From positions 82,150,001 to 82,214,000 of the forward strand of contig NC_043001.1 of NCBI RefSeq assembly GCF_006345805.1: a stretch of 64,000 nt of DNA, in the 5' to 3' direction. The position numbers and the translations under genes are program-made. This stretch comes from Octopus sinensis. Lineage: Eukaryota. The notes below the pieces were generated by a model. The model was not told the DNA's origin and did no database searches. It was given only the letters and a program-made list of their open reading frames with translations. This document shows, piece after piece, positions 51,975-64,000 of this stretch; position 1 is the first letter of the stretch; each line of letters opens with the position of its first letter.

Positions 51975-52147
51975 TATGCATAAATGTGTGTGCGCGCGTG
52001 TGTGTGTACACACGTACACACATATACAAATGGGTGAAAACACACATGCGTAAAAATGATTATATGCAAGTGATATGGATGTTTATATGTTATGTGCGTA
52101 TGCACAAACAACTGTACGTATAGTTATATATGTCCAGGCCGACATGT

Positions 52148-52187
<40 letters not shown>

Positions 52188-52599
52188 GCAGACATATATA
52201 CATATTTACACATACACGCACACACACATACACACACATGCAGCGCTGGGTGTTTGTCTTGATACTACTTCACCGATTCTCACCAAAGGTTATGCAAAAT
52301 TCACACAAATCCAAAATTATCTCGGAATTATGCACAAAAGTAAAAAAAAAAAAAAAAATCCGCGAATCTGAGGATTCGAGAAAAGAGATGAAAGAATGAT
52401 TGTTATAAGGGAGTGGCAGTCTCTCCTCTCTCCTCGCACGCTATTTCTTTCATTCACTAAAACACACAACCCTGATGACATTGAATATATAGTATTTATT
52501 AAGAACACTGTATTTATTATATTACAGTTCTATATTTAAGAGATGAGAAATTATATACATTATTTACATTATTTACATTTGACAGATATTTGTCCTCAT

Positions 52600-53425
52600 T
52601 TTTAGTTAGTTAGTTAGTTAGTTAGTTAATTTGGCTCAAAAGCAAATAGCAAGGCCATGTAGGGGGACATGGAGTTAAGTACAGGGTGGTGTTCATGTAA
52701 AGAGTTCAGGCCACTTGAGGTCCAGGGAGGCTTTGAACAAAGCGGTCGTCGGCATCTTCACCATCTCGTCTGGCAGCTTGTTCCACGGATCCGCAACCCG
52801 GACGGAGAAAGCTCCTCTCCTTCGATTGAGATGAAATCGTCGCAGGTAGAGCTTTTCGGAATGACCCCGCAGCCGACGCTCTGGAGCAGGAGTGAAGAAC
52901 AGCTCTTTCGAGAGTTACACTTTCCGCTTATGATGTTGTGGGCGAGAATGAGATCACTACGGCGGCGGCGTTTTTCAAGAGAATAAAGGTCGAGCGTCTC
53001 AGCCTTTCTTCGTAGGACAAATTTTTGAGACCATGAACCATGCGGGTAGCCAGCTTCTGGACTCTTTCGAGATGCTGTATGTCTTTGAGGAGATAAGGAG
53101 AAGAGGCTTGAATCCCATACTCCAATATGGGTCTCACCAGTGTGACATAGAGTGGTAGGAATATGGCTGCTGTGAGCATTCCGAATGACGTCGAATCAAG
53201 AACAGAATTCCGCGTGCTTTGTTGGCAGCATGGACGCACTGGGCCGAAGGCGAAAAGGAGGAATCCACCAAGATACCTAGGTCCTTTACCTGATCGGTCC
53301 TCTCCAGCAGCAGACGACCCAGCTCGAAATCAAGTTGAGTTGCAGGAGTAGAGCCGACAGGCAGATGACAGCACTTTGACACGTTCAGACACAGGTTCCA
53401 ATCGTTAGACCACTTCCAAATTTGG
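52600..53425 (-). mobile_element. 5'-truncated CR1-clade LINE, young
   Basis: WSNDWNLCLNVSKC, VKDLGILVD, LYVTLVRPILEY, LERVQKLATRMV, LSYEERL, FSVRVADPWNKLP; (TAAC)n tail; only small indels disrupt the frame. Confidence 0.93.
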
Positions 53426-53558
53426 TTCGGCTTATATACCCTCCAGCCTTCATCAGGTGTCTTGGGGGAAATTTCGAACTTGATTTCTCATTCATAAGGT
53501 ATTTTTTGTCATCGTCGTCGTTGTTGTTGTTGTTATTATTATTATTATTATTATTATT

Positions 53559-54108
53559 GAGTGAGAGAGCAGTTCATGCCATCAAAGTGACACTGGGGTA
53601 AAATATACGAAGCCCAATATACCCATCATGACTACCTGTCTGATAAATGTACACCAGGCACATGCATCACAACCATATGTGCGCGACATGGTGATCTCAT
53701 ATCAAGATAAACAGCACATGACCTTGCAGGTGGGGCCCAGTTAGAATTTTCTTCAGGTTGAGTAGCTCATCCGCTCAAACGGTCCCTGAATAATGGTTGT
53801 TTAAGGATGTTGAAAGAAACACCCATGTTTCAGAGGTGAACTATTCAAACCCCAAAGAATCCCTCTCAACACATGGCTATGATGCTCCCCCACTACTTCT
53901 GCTCGTGATCAGAGATGCACATATCGTCAGCCACTAAGGGACATGCTCAACTGGTTAAGGTCAAACAACTGACAAACAATCTGTGGTATTGAGCAGAATA
54001 TTTGCTGTAGCCCATCTTTTATACCAAGACAAACAATGTACATGATAACACTTCCAATCAGTTAAGATCAGAAGCCATGAGAGCCACTGCCTGGTACTGC
54101 ATCAGGGC

Positions 54109-54111
<3 letters not shown>
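53559..54111. mobile_element. Second copy of the ~555-bp (TTA)n-embedded element
   Basis: Near-identical to 19426-19980. Confidence 0.9.
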
Positions 54112-54184
<73 letters not shown>

Positions 54185-54744
54185 TCACTGCTTGGAATCG
54201 AACTAGGAATCTTGGGGTAAGTAGCCCGCGCTCTTAACTACTACGCCATAAACGCGTTGGCAGTATGTATTGTAATATATATTTTCTTTCTCGAAAAGTT
54301 AATATGCGGGTTCAAATATCATGGAAGGTAGTACCTATTTTATTTTTATTTAACACTGAAATTTGCTTATATCTATATAAATATTCCTGTACTAATGTCC
54401 AGGGATCGGACTATTAATTAGACATGCACACACACACACACACCTATACGACGAGCTTCTTTCAGTTTCCGCCTACTAGATTCAGTCTCGAGGCTTTGGT
54501 CGAGTGGAAAGTATAGTAGAAGACACTTATATAAGTACTACGCTGTAGATTGAACGCAGAGCTATATGGTTGGGCAACAAACTTCTTGTGACACAGGGAC
54601 TACTGCACCTGCATTCATACACACACAACACACATACACACATACATACATACATACACACATACATACATACATACATACAACATACATACATACATAC
54701 ATACATACATCATACACAAAAGCAAATCGAAAATAAAAGATAAA

Positions 54745-54950
54745 AACAAAAACAACAACAGTTAGAAGGATGTATACAGTGAAAGTAGTAGGTTGACGCT
54801 CAGTTTATGATGGTAATAATAGTGGCGGGTGACGTTTCGAACATGGCTCTTCGTCAGAAAGTAGCAAGAGGGCAGGTTCAGAAAGACAGAAAAGAAGAGT
54901 CTTAGTAAAAGCTCCTGTGTGGTTACAAGGCTGAAGTGACCGGAAGTATA
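54745..54950 (-). mobile_element. Short PLE-like repeat with a hammerhead core
   Basis: Minus strand CTGACGA-A-GAGC-CAT-GTTC-GAAA-CGTC at 54857-54831; stem I mostly lost. Confidence 0.55.
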
Positions 54951-54985
54951 ATACATACATACACACAAACACACACACACGCACA

Positions 54986-55020
<35 letters not shown>

Positions 55021-55332
55021 CACACACACACACACACACACACATGTATATAAAGCATACGCATGTTTCACCTACTGGTCATATGTTTCTGGTTTTTTAA
55101 TACCATATATCTATAAGAGATGCTTTATCAGACGAATACCGTATTTTAGAAGGTTTCCAATAGCATATATGCTTTAAGTGGGATATCATGATCTCAAATT
55201 TGAACTAATAGTTTCCATCGGGAATACAGAATATGTGTATGTATATATATATATATATATATACATACACATATGTATATATATATATATATATATATAA
55301 TATCGGAAGGTTTGGAGATGATGTACAGGTAT

Positions 55333-58300
55333 TATATATTAGAAAATTGAGGGGTAATCAGATCAGATGGTTCATATTTGTAGATATTTATTTATATATT
55401 ACATTTTTTACATATATATCATATCATTCGGATTAGCGCTTGCTCCATTCTAGTGGGTTTTCAAATCAAATCAGTTGTGGGTAGTTTGAACCTTTTTATA
55501 GTTCGTAGTAGTGGTTGAGGAGGAGGAAGTGAGGCAGAGAGAAAATTGTGTGTATGTGTTGTGGTGTGTGTGTGTGTGTGTGTGTGTGCGTGGTGTGTGT
55601 GTGTGCGCCATTTATATCTGAGAGTGAAGAAGTGTTATTTCCGTTGGTCTGCTGGACCCCTGTGGTTTTATAAGAACTTTGGCTGTCCATTTCAATGTCA
55701 CTGAGTGTGTGTTGTGCATAGGTGGGCCTGCAAATGTCATTTGGGGGTCACACTTTCTATGATCATTCTGTGGAGGTGTGTGTGTGTGTGTTGTGGTCTC
55801 TGTGTGTGTGTGTGTTTTTGTGTGTGTGTGTGTGTGTGTGTATGTGTGTGTGTGTGTGTGTGTCTGTGTGTTTGGAGAAGGGGAGAGAGACAAAAAGAGA
55901 AAGGGAAAATAAAAATAATAATAATAAAAATAAAAATAAAAAATAAATAATAAAAAAAATAAAAAAATAAAATAAAATAATAAAAAACAAAAATAAAAAA
56001 ATAAAATAAAAAAATATAAAGAAAATAAAAATATAAAGAATAAAAAATAAAAAAATAAAAATAAAAATAAAAATAAAAATAAGGAGGAAGTGGAGAAGAA
56101 AAATATTTTTGTGTGTTGATATTTATACCAACACATATATATACACACACACAGACTTATACATAAAATATTTGAAAAAAACCTTTTATCGGTTCAAAAT
56201 GAACAACCAAATTATACCATCTTGAAAGTTGTATGTCATAGGAAAGTTAAAACTAAAGTGACAATTAAAGGGTAAAGATGGAAGTGAATTATAAAGATAA
56301 TAATATAATATGATGTGTATAACAGGCAATACACACATCTACACACACACAGATTTTTTCCTTCAATGTATGTTGAGTAAAGTTTCAGCCATTAATTTGG
56401 GGGAGAACTTAGCTAGAAATGAAATGTTTTCCATATCCTCCTGAAGGGGGTGTCATTCTTCGGACACTTGTAGAGAAGGAAAATATCTTAAATTTTCTTC
56501 TCCACATGTAGCTAGGTGTGTGCTTAGTGGTATTTTGCGTAGTTCTTCCTGCCGAATATGTTGTCGGTGGATCCTGGCTCGCTGGCACAAAGAATTACCA
56601 GTTTCTCCTACGTAATTCTCCTTGCATGTGGGGCAGGTTATGCAGTATATGACGTTCTGCGTCTTGCATTTATATCTGCATTTACTTTGAATATGACACC
56701 ATTTTTAAATCTTATCTCTCTGTTGCTCTCTATGTATTTGTAGGTGGGGTTGCTGCAGGTCCCACATCTACCATCTCCGCACTCTTTTGCAAAGAATTCC
56801 GTTTAGTTTCTGAAGAGAATTTCGCTCTTGTTAGGTGTTTTTTAGTTTTTGTCCTGTCGTCTACTGTTTTTTATGCTATATTTGTTTAATATGTTTTCAT
56901 TTTGGGGCTCGGTAAGGCTATTGGTAGGTTTGAATGTATGGTTTGGAAGATGTTGGTAACTCCAGGGTTGGGTGTGTTTATAAAAGGGATAGTGTTTTCT
57001 TTGTTTTTGTTTTGGGTGTCCTGAGTTGTGTGATGTCTAGTTTTAATGCTCTTGTGATTCCATTTTCTATTAGTTTAAGGGGGTATTTTTGCTCTAGGAG
57101 GAAGCTTTTGAGTTCATCTAGTCTTATTAATCGTATTTGTGAATCAGTTACTATGCTACATATTCGTCGTGCCATACTATATGGGATGTTTCTTTTTGTG
57201 TGGGATGGGTGGCAGGAGTGGAATTTAAGTATGATGTGTGTCAGTTTTTTGTAGTGGATGTCTGTTGTGACGATGGAGTTGTTATTTTGATGTTGATGTC
57301 TAGGAAGGAAGTTCGTTGTGGCTAGTATCTCTTGTGGAAATTGATAGATGGGTGCAGCGTATTGAGGATGTTGTGGAATGTTTGTAGGTCCTCTTCTGAT
57401 CTGTTCCAAAAGATGAAACAGTCATCGAGGTAGCGTTTCCCTTTTTCTTGATGTCTTCTTGAAGTCGTGTTCGAAGACTTTCCCTATTTCGTCATATAGT
57501 TTTTTCTCCAGGAAGCCATCACTAGGTTGGCATATGAAGGTGCGAATTTTGTACCCATAGCCGTGCCTTTTATCTGTCGGTATGTCTTGTTGTTGAATGA
57601 GAATGTGTTTTCTTCTAGTATTAGTTGGGTGGCTTGGGTGATAAAGTTTGTCTTGAAGCGTTCATCTATAAGTTCTCTGTTTTTCTATTGATTGTTTTAT
57701 AGCTTCTAGACCTAGGGTGTGTGGTATGTTTGTGTATAGATTTGTGACATCAAAGCTTGCAAGTATGGTGTTTTTCGGGACTGTATTTGGAATGTGTGTG
57801 AGGAAGTCTATGTCATCCCTTATGTAGCTTGGAATCTGTGGCATAGAGGTTTGAGGAGTATATCTATGAAGTGGCTTAGTTGTTGTGTTGGTGCCTGGGG
57901 TCCTGCCACTATTGGTCTCATCGTGAGGTCTGCAGGTCTTTGTACTCTTATGTAGTGGTTCCTCTGTTCCTTTATGGCTCTCTGTATTTCCGAGCTTTTA
58001 TGAATTTTAGGTAATCCCTAAAGTTGCTTTCTTTGGTTTGTGAGTTGCATAGATAATCTTCCTCCTATCTGTAAAGGAGTCCTGATATTCATTGACTAAA
58101 GTTCTAATTTTTCTTATTGTTGTTTTCTCCGGTGGTGTTGGTTCCTCTTTGTAATATGTCTGGTTGTTCAGTAACTCTCTCCCCTTCTCCAAACACACAG
58201 ACACACACACACACACACATACACACACACACACACACACACAAAAACACACACAGACACACAGAGACACACACACACACACACACACCTCCACAGAATG

Positions 58301-58729
58301 ATCATAGAAAGTGTGACCCCAAATGACATTTGCCAGGCCAACCTATGCACAACACACACTCAGTGACATTGAAATGGACAGCCAAAGTTCTTATAAAACC
58401 ACAGGGGGTCCAGCAGACCAAACGGAAATAACACTTCTTCACTCTCAGATATAAATGCGCACACCACACACACACACGCACAACACACACCAACACACAC
58501 ACACACACATACACACATATTTTCTCTCTGCCTCACTTCCTCCTCAACCACTACTACGAAACTATAAAAAGGTTCAAACTACCCACAACTGATTTGATTT
58601 GAAAAACCACTAGAATGGAGCAAGCGCTAATCCGAATGATATGATATATATGTAAAAAATGTAATATATAAATAAATATCTACAAATATGAACCATCTGA
58701 TCTGATTACCTCAATTTTTCTAATATATA
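55333..58729 (-). mobile_element. Penelope-like element (RT + GIY-YIG), 5'-truncated, with an inverted copy of its 3' terminal region
   Basis: Broken ORF 58174 to ~56385: RPIVAG, FDVTNLYTNIPH, GTAMGT, RYLDD (57421-57438), HP.HTKRNIPYS.ARRI, linker CGDGRCGTC, NVIYCITCPTCKENYVGET. 55333-55889 is the reverse complement of 58175-58729. Confidence 0.93.
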
Positions 58730-58731
58730 TA

Positions 58732-58827
<96 letters not shown>

Positions 58828-58857
58828 TATATATATATATATACTATACAGTACATA

Positions 58858-59087
58858 CCGCGGCGAGCTGCCAGAACCGTTTGCACGCCGCGAAATGCTT
58901 AGCGGTATTTCGTCTGCCGTTACGTTCTGAGTTCAAATTCCGCCGAGGTCGACTTTGCCTTTCATCCTTTCGAGGTCGATAAATTAAGTACCAGTTACGC
59001 ACTGGGGTCGATGTAATCGACTTAATCCATTTGTCTGTCCTTGTTTGTCTACTCTGTGTTTAGCCCCTTGTGGGTAGTAAAGAAATA
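58858..59087 (+). mobile_element. SINE family C, young copy
   Basis: Near-consensus family C. Confidence 0.92.
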
Positions 59088-59935
59088 TATATATATATAT
59101 ATATATATATCACTATGTTTTTGAATCTTTATAGACGCATATCTTGGTACGCGTGCGCGTATGTATGTAAGCACACACACACACATACACACAAACACAC
59201 ACACATATATACATATACATATGTCTGCTTCCATATGTGTCGATATGTCAAACAATATAATAAATAGCATTCCGATTCATGGAGCATAGTACTTGAATAT
59301 TTATTTAAACAAATTTCACTGTGAAATAATGAATAAATTATGTTTCACTGTCCGTGGTACTGAACGATGCTAATCGTGTGTAAATCATACATATTTATAG
59401 GTGTGTGTTTATATGTTAATGCATTTATGTGCATATATATATATATATGATATATATATAGATATATATATAATTATATATATATATATTATATATTATA
59501 TATAATATAATATAGCCTCGTTTAGCTTCGCAGCCCTTTCTGTTTGTTTTCACTGTCTTGTTTTTGTCACCAATTTTGAACCTCCGCAAATCCCATATTT
59601 TATTTAATTTGCTTTGCGGGAGCAACTGTTTTATCGAAGGCGATCTTGTCGTGAAATGCTCAAAATACAGATTAGAAAAGCAGCTGACGACTGATAAAGG
59701 GTCGTTCTTTGTGTTGTTTGTCTTGTTTTCCATTTGTTTCTTTCGTTACTCGCAAACAAAAGTTCATATTCCATGTCCTCGTACTTCGCATTTTTTGTTG
59801 TTTACATTTTGTGACGTCCTGTACCCACATATACATATGTATATACGTATACATGTAAGTATGTAGTAAACGTATGTATATATGCATATATATACATTTA
59901 TATTATTTATATTATATTATATATATATGTATATA

Positions 59936-60080
59936 GTTGAAATTTGCAGAAAAAGAAGAGACAAGACTGCTGTATAAACAACGAGCAGGTATATTAGTCT
60001 GACGCTCGGGAAGGTGAGAATTATTTTACATTTCGAGCCTTCGCTCTTCAACAGAAAGGAACGCGAGGAAATAAACAGAG
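59936..60080 (-). mobile_element. Short PLE-like repeat with a hammerhead-like motif (same family as 17470)
   Basis: Minus strand CTTT-CTGTTGA-A-GAGC-GAAG-GCTC-GAAA-TGTA-AAAT at 60058-60023. Confidence 0.6.
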
Positions 60081-60429
60081 TTGTTTTATATTGATCGGAT
60101 CCTAGTAGATATTGAGAAATACTGAGACATTACCTGAAAAAAAATTTCAATATATTCGCAATAAATCTTCGCTTGTTCACAACTGTGTTGATGGTTTCGA
60201 CATTAGCGAAACATCATCACTACTATTACACGCACCGCACTCCATCTCAGCACCATCATAACTTTCTTTAGTAGAAGCAAAATATATAAAACAAACCCAC
60301 GAAAAACACATTGAATATGACAACGTTGAATAGATTGTTTTAGTTTAGCCATTATAAACTTCGAAATTAATGAAATTTGTGTGTCGTATTTCCTAGTTAG
60401 CAATATTTAACTTTGCATATCTTGTATGA

Positions 60430-61023
60430 CACAGCGTTGCATCATTTACTATTGCAATAAATATATGCAATTAGCGGTAAAAGGCGACAAACTTGCAGAA
60501 TCGTTAGTCAAAATGCTAAGTGGCTTTTTCCTTTGAGTTCTGCGTTCAAATTCCGCTATGGTCAACTTCGCCTTCCATCGTTTCGGGATCGATAAGATAT
60601 AGTACAAAAAGTGGCGAGCTGGCAGAAACGTTAGCACGCCGGGCGAAATGCTTACCGGTATTTCGTCTGCCGCTACGTTCTGAGCTGAAATACCGCCGAG
60701 GTCGACTTTGCCTTTCATCCTTTCGGGGTTGATAAATTAAGTACCAGTTACGCACTGGGGTCGATGTAATCGACTTAATCCGTTTGCCTTTCCTTGTTTG
60801 TCCCTTCTCTGTTTAGCCCCTTGTGGGTAGTAATGAAATAGGTATTTCGCCTGCTGCTACGTTCTGAGTTCAAATTCCGCCGAGGTCGACTTTGCCTTTC
60901 ATCCTTCCGGGGTCGATTAAATAAGTACCAGTTACACACTGGGGCAGATATAGTCGACTTAATCCATTTGTCTGTTCTTGTTTGTCCCCTCTATGTTCAG
61001 CCTCTTGTGGACAGTAAAGAAGA
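60430..61023 (+). mobile_element. SINE-C cluster: degenerate unit, full young unit, tandem 5'-truncated unit
   Basis: Family C cores near 60540, 60680 and 60870; junction GAAATA|GGTATTTCG. Confidence 0.88.
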
Positions 61024-61921
61024 TATAGTACCAATCAATTACTGAGATTTTTGAAATCGATTTGTCTCCTCCATTCAAAAATTGATGGCTTTGGACTCTA
61101 CAATGGATTGGCGTCCTGTTCAGAGGTTATGCTATCATCTTGATCCCTTATACGCCATAGAAAGCGAGTAAACTCGCCTAGGACTCGAAAGAAATTTTTT
61201 ATTGGGTAGGTACATACTAGAATAATACTATGTTATACAAAGATAGCGAAAGAGAGCAAGAGAGGAAAAAGAGAGCCCACGATGATTACAGACGTAATTC
61301 TCATACAATTAACACACCATACGCATTTAAGAACTTATCAGCGATCAATTAGACTTGCATCCAGTGATCATCAGTATACTGTGCAGCCTCATAAAGCACT
61401 TTACAGTACCAGTTTCTTCCCTCGCACCTTGAACTTTAGAATTCCCTTTTACAGTCTTGTTTTTCTCTTCAATACGACATCCAGTCTTTTAAGTCTAATG
61501 CACATCGTCACCTATTGACTTCTGTCTAGCGTCCAGTTTATTCTAGCAGCTCTTATGTTTCCAGTTGTCTAAGGACCTTGTAACGAGCAATTACTTTAAA
61601 AACAAAAAGTTACAAATACCAATATGATAACGTTGAACACTAACGCTTTAACGGTAAAATTATGGCTCTGAGGTATAAAAAAAACGCAAGGTATAAAAGT
61701 GGCTGTACAGAAGCCGACTGCTCTCTGTATCCTGAAGACGAACTGAGACAGTCGGGAAACGACGAAAAAGATTAATTTAGGAACTTAAAGTAATGTAGTT
61801 CTGAGTTAACCTGTTATAGATACAACTCCAAATAAACGTGTCAAGTGCTACTTTTACTTGTTTGCTTATGAATATGTGTAAGCACACATACATATATGAA
61901 TATATATTTATCTACCCACAA

Positions 61922-62001
<80 letters not shown>

Positions 62002-62027
62002 ATGTGCATGTTTGTATTCATATATGT

Positions 62028-62059
<32 letters not shown>

Positions 62060-62094
62060 TGTATGTATGTATGTATATGTATGTATGTATATAT

Positions 62095-62147
<53 letters not shown>

Positions 62148-63000
62148 GTATATCCATAAATGCATACATGCAAGTGTGTGTGCGTGTGTTGGTGTTTGTG
62201 TTTGTCTCCTACCACCGCTTGACAACCGGTGTTGTGGTGTGTTTGTGTTACGTACCTGTCACTTAACGATTCGGAAAAAGGGCCCGATAGAATAAGTTCC
62301 AGGCTTTAAACAAAACAGAAAAAAAGAGCAAATTGGTACTTGTGTCGATTCATTCGACTAAGGATGTGCCCCAGCATGGCAGCAGCCTTCTAATGCCTGA
62401 AACAAGTAAAAGATAAGATAAAAGATATATATATATATATACAGACACACATACACATACATGTCTATGTATACGCACACACACACACATACACACATTG
62501 GATATGCCTTTGCACACGGACTAAAAGTTTCAAGTTACATAGAGGCGATGGGGAGAAAACTCTATTCAACCCAAATCGGAATACGACTCTGCAACGCGGA
62601 TATAAAAAACGGAAGCGATCACATGGGAGTAGAAAGTATATTGAACAGATACTGGTTCTGATTGACTCTAATTCTCTGATATTGATCCATTCTTTATAAC
62701 TAAAGCAGTCAAATTCAAATGAACAATATATATATATATATATAACAAATGAATAAATATGTACTATTTCTTCTTAATGCTTATAAATGTGTGTGTCAGT
62801 ATGTATATGTATGCGTCTGCATGGTTGCATCTATTCACATGTGCGTACGCGTGTGTGTACTTCTCTCTCTCCCCTTCTCTCTCACTCTCGATCTCTCTCA
62901 CATGGACACATATTATCTCTCTCCCCCCCTCTCATCATACACACATACATGTACATGCATACTAAACGGTAGCGCAACATTTTGCCTCACTTGCATGTAA

Positions 63001-63073
<73 letters not shown>

Positions 63074-64000
63074 TGGATATAGATCTGTATTTGTAGGACA
63101 CACATATACACCGCACGCATAGGTATACATACGTGCATTTGTGTATGCATATATGAGTATATAACATGAATGGATTCGTGTATACACGATACTGGCTTGC
63201 CTTTGAAAGCCGTTCGCTAAAAGGAACAACTCTATATTTAATAATAAGAATAAGAATAACACCAACAACAACAACAATAATAATAATAATAATATTAATA
63301 ATCTCAGCTTCTGTGCTGAAATGTTATCACTGCAAATGAAGGATTCTTATGTAAGAACACCTGCGAAAATTACAAAGGAAATATATAATCAAGTTAAATA
63401 TTTTAACAGTGAAATTTCGTGATTACAAATTAGAGTATGACGAAGGGACTTATGGGAAGGTCTTCCATTTTTTTTTTTTGAGAGGCGGCCATGACATGTT
63501 ATTGATTTTTCATAAAGCTAAGCTGGAACGTAATTTTAGTGTGTCACAGAAAACAATACATTATACATTCTATAAGATGTAATGCGGGAGATGACAGTTC
63601 GATCAAAATTTGTATTTGAGGTTATATTTTCTTCAGTCAAACACTTTTGCAGATTCACAAGCAAATACGCACACACACACACACACACACACTCTCTCTC
63701 TCTCTCTTTCATACGTACGCATGGACATGAATGTGCATTCAAGGTAGCGAATTAGCAAAGCATCAGACTGGATGCGTTAGGATATTTTTTCCTTCTCGCT
63801 CCGTGCTGGGTTCAAATACTGACGAGGTAAATATTGCCTTTTTTTTTTACTTGCTTCCGTCATTTGACTGTGGCCATGCTGGAGCACCGCCTTTAGTCGA
63901 AAAAATCGACCTCCAAGACATTGCAAGCCTAGTACTTATTCTATCGGTGTCTTTTGTCGAAGCGCTAAGTTACGGGGACTTAAACACACCAGCATTGGTT

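Larger units (their letters stand above)
52524..54250 (-). mobile_element. Second tRNA-head/hammerhead element, split by two nested insertions
   Basis: Head 54250-54181; (AAT)n; 555-bp insert; tail 53510-53426 ending CTGATGA-A-GGCTG...AAGCC-GAA; CR1 insert; tail end 52599-52524 matching 49021-49088. Confidence 0.88.

Noticed and set aside
54181-54250. tRNA gene (apparent anticodon ACT), also at 48717-48790
   Set aside because: No acceptor-stem pairing, weak anticodon stem, and it is followed by the SINE spacer and tail; treated as a SINE head.
55070-55145. Hammerhead at the Penelope 3' end (CTGATAA on the minus strand)
   Set aside because: No stem II or GAAA partner at a suitable distance.

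Overview
Eukaryotic, AT-rich and repeat-saturated, with no intact protein-coding gene that I can support. Most called ORFs are translated microsatellites; the protein-like ones are broken transposon ORFs. The SINE families and very high microsatellite load resemble octopod cephalopod DNA (my recognition, not a database result), so this is probably intron or intergenic sequence. Contents: three abundant tRNA-derived SINE families (my labels A, B, C, with C in long tandem arrays); two R4/Dong LINE relics in (TAA)n; a Penelope-like element (PLE; RT + GIY-YIG) with an inverted terminal duplication, plus a second PLE fragment; CR1, L2/CR1, RTE and Tx1/L1 fragments; mariner, MULE, Tigger and hAT DNA-transposon relics. 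The most interesting signal is a PLE-type ribozyme set. A short element built as tRNA-like Pol III head + (AAT/GAT)n spacer + minimal hammerhead ribozyme occurs twice: once with a head-to-head inversion, once split by two nested insertions. About six more hammerhead-like motifs sit in short repeats. Also notable are a 413-bp near-perfect palindrome and a fixed-length ~555-bp non-coding element found only inside (TAA)n. Coordinates and identities were read by eye; SINE and relic boundaries are approximate. Nothing was searched or folded computationally.
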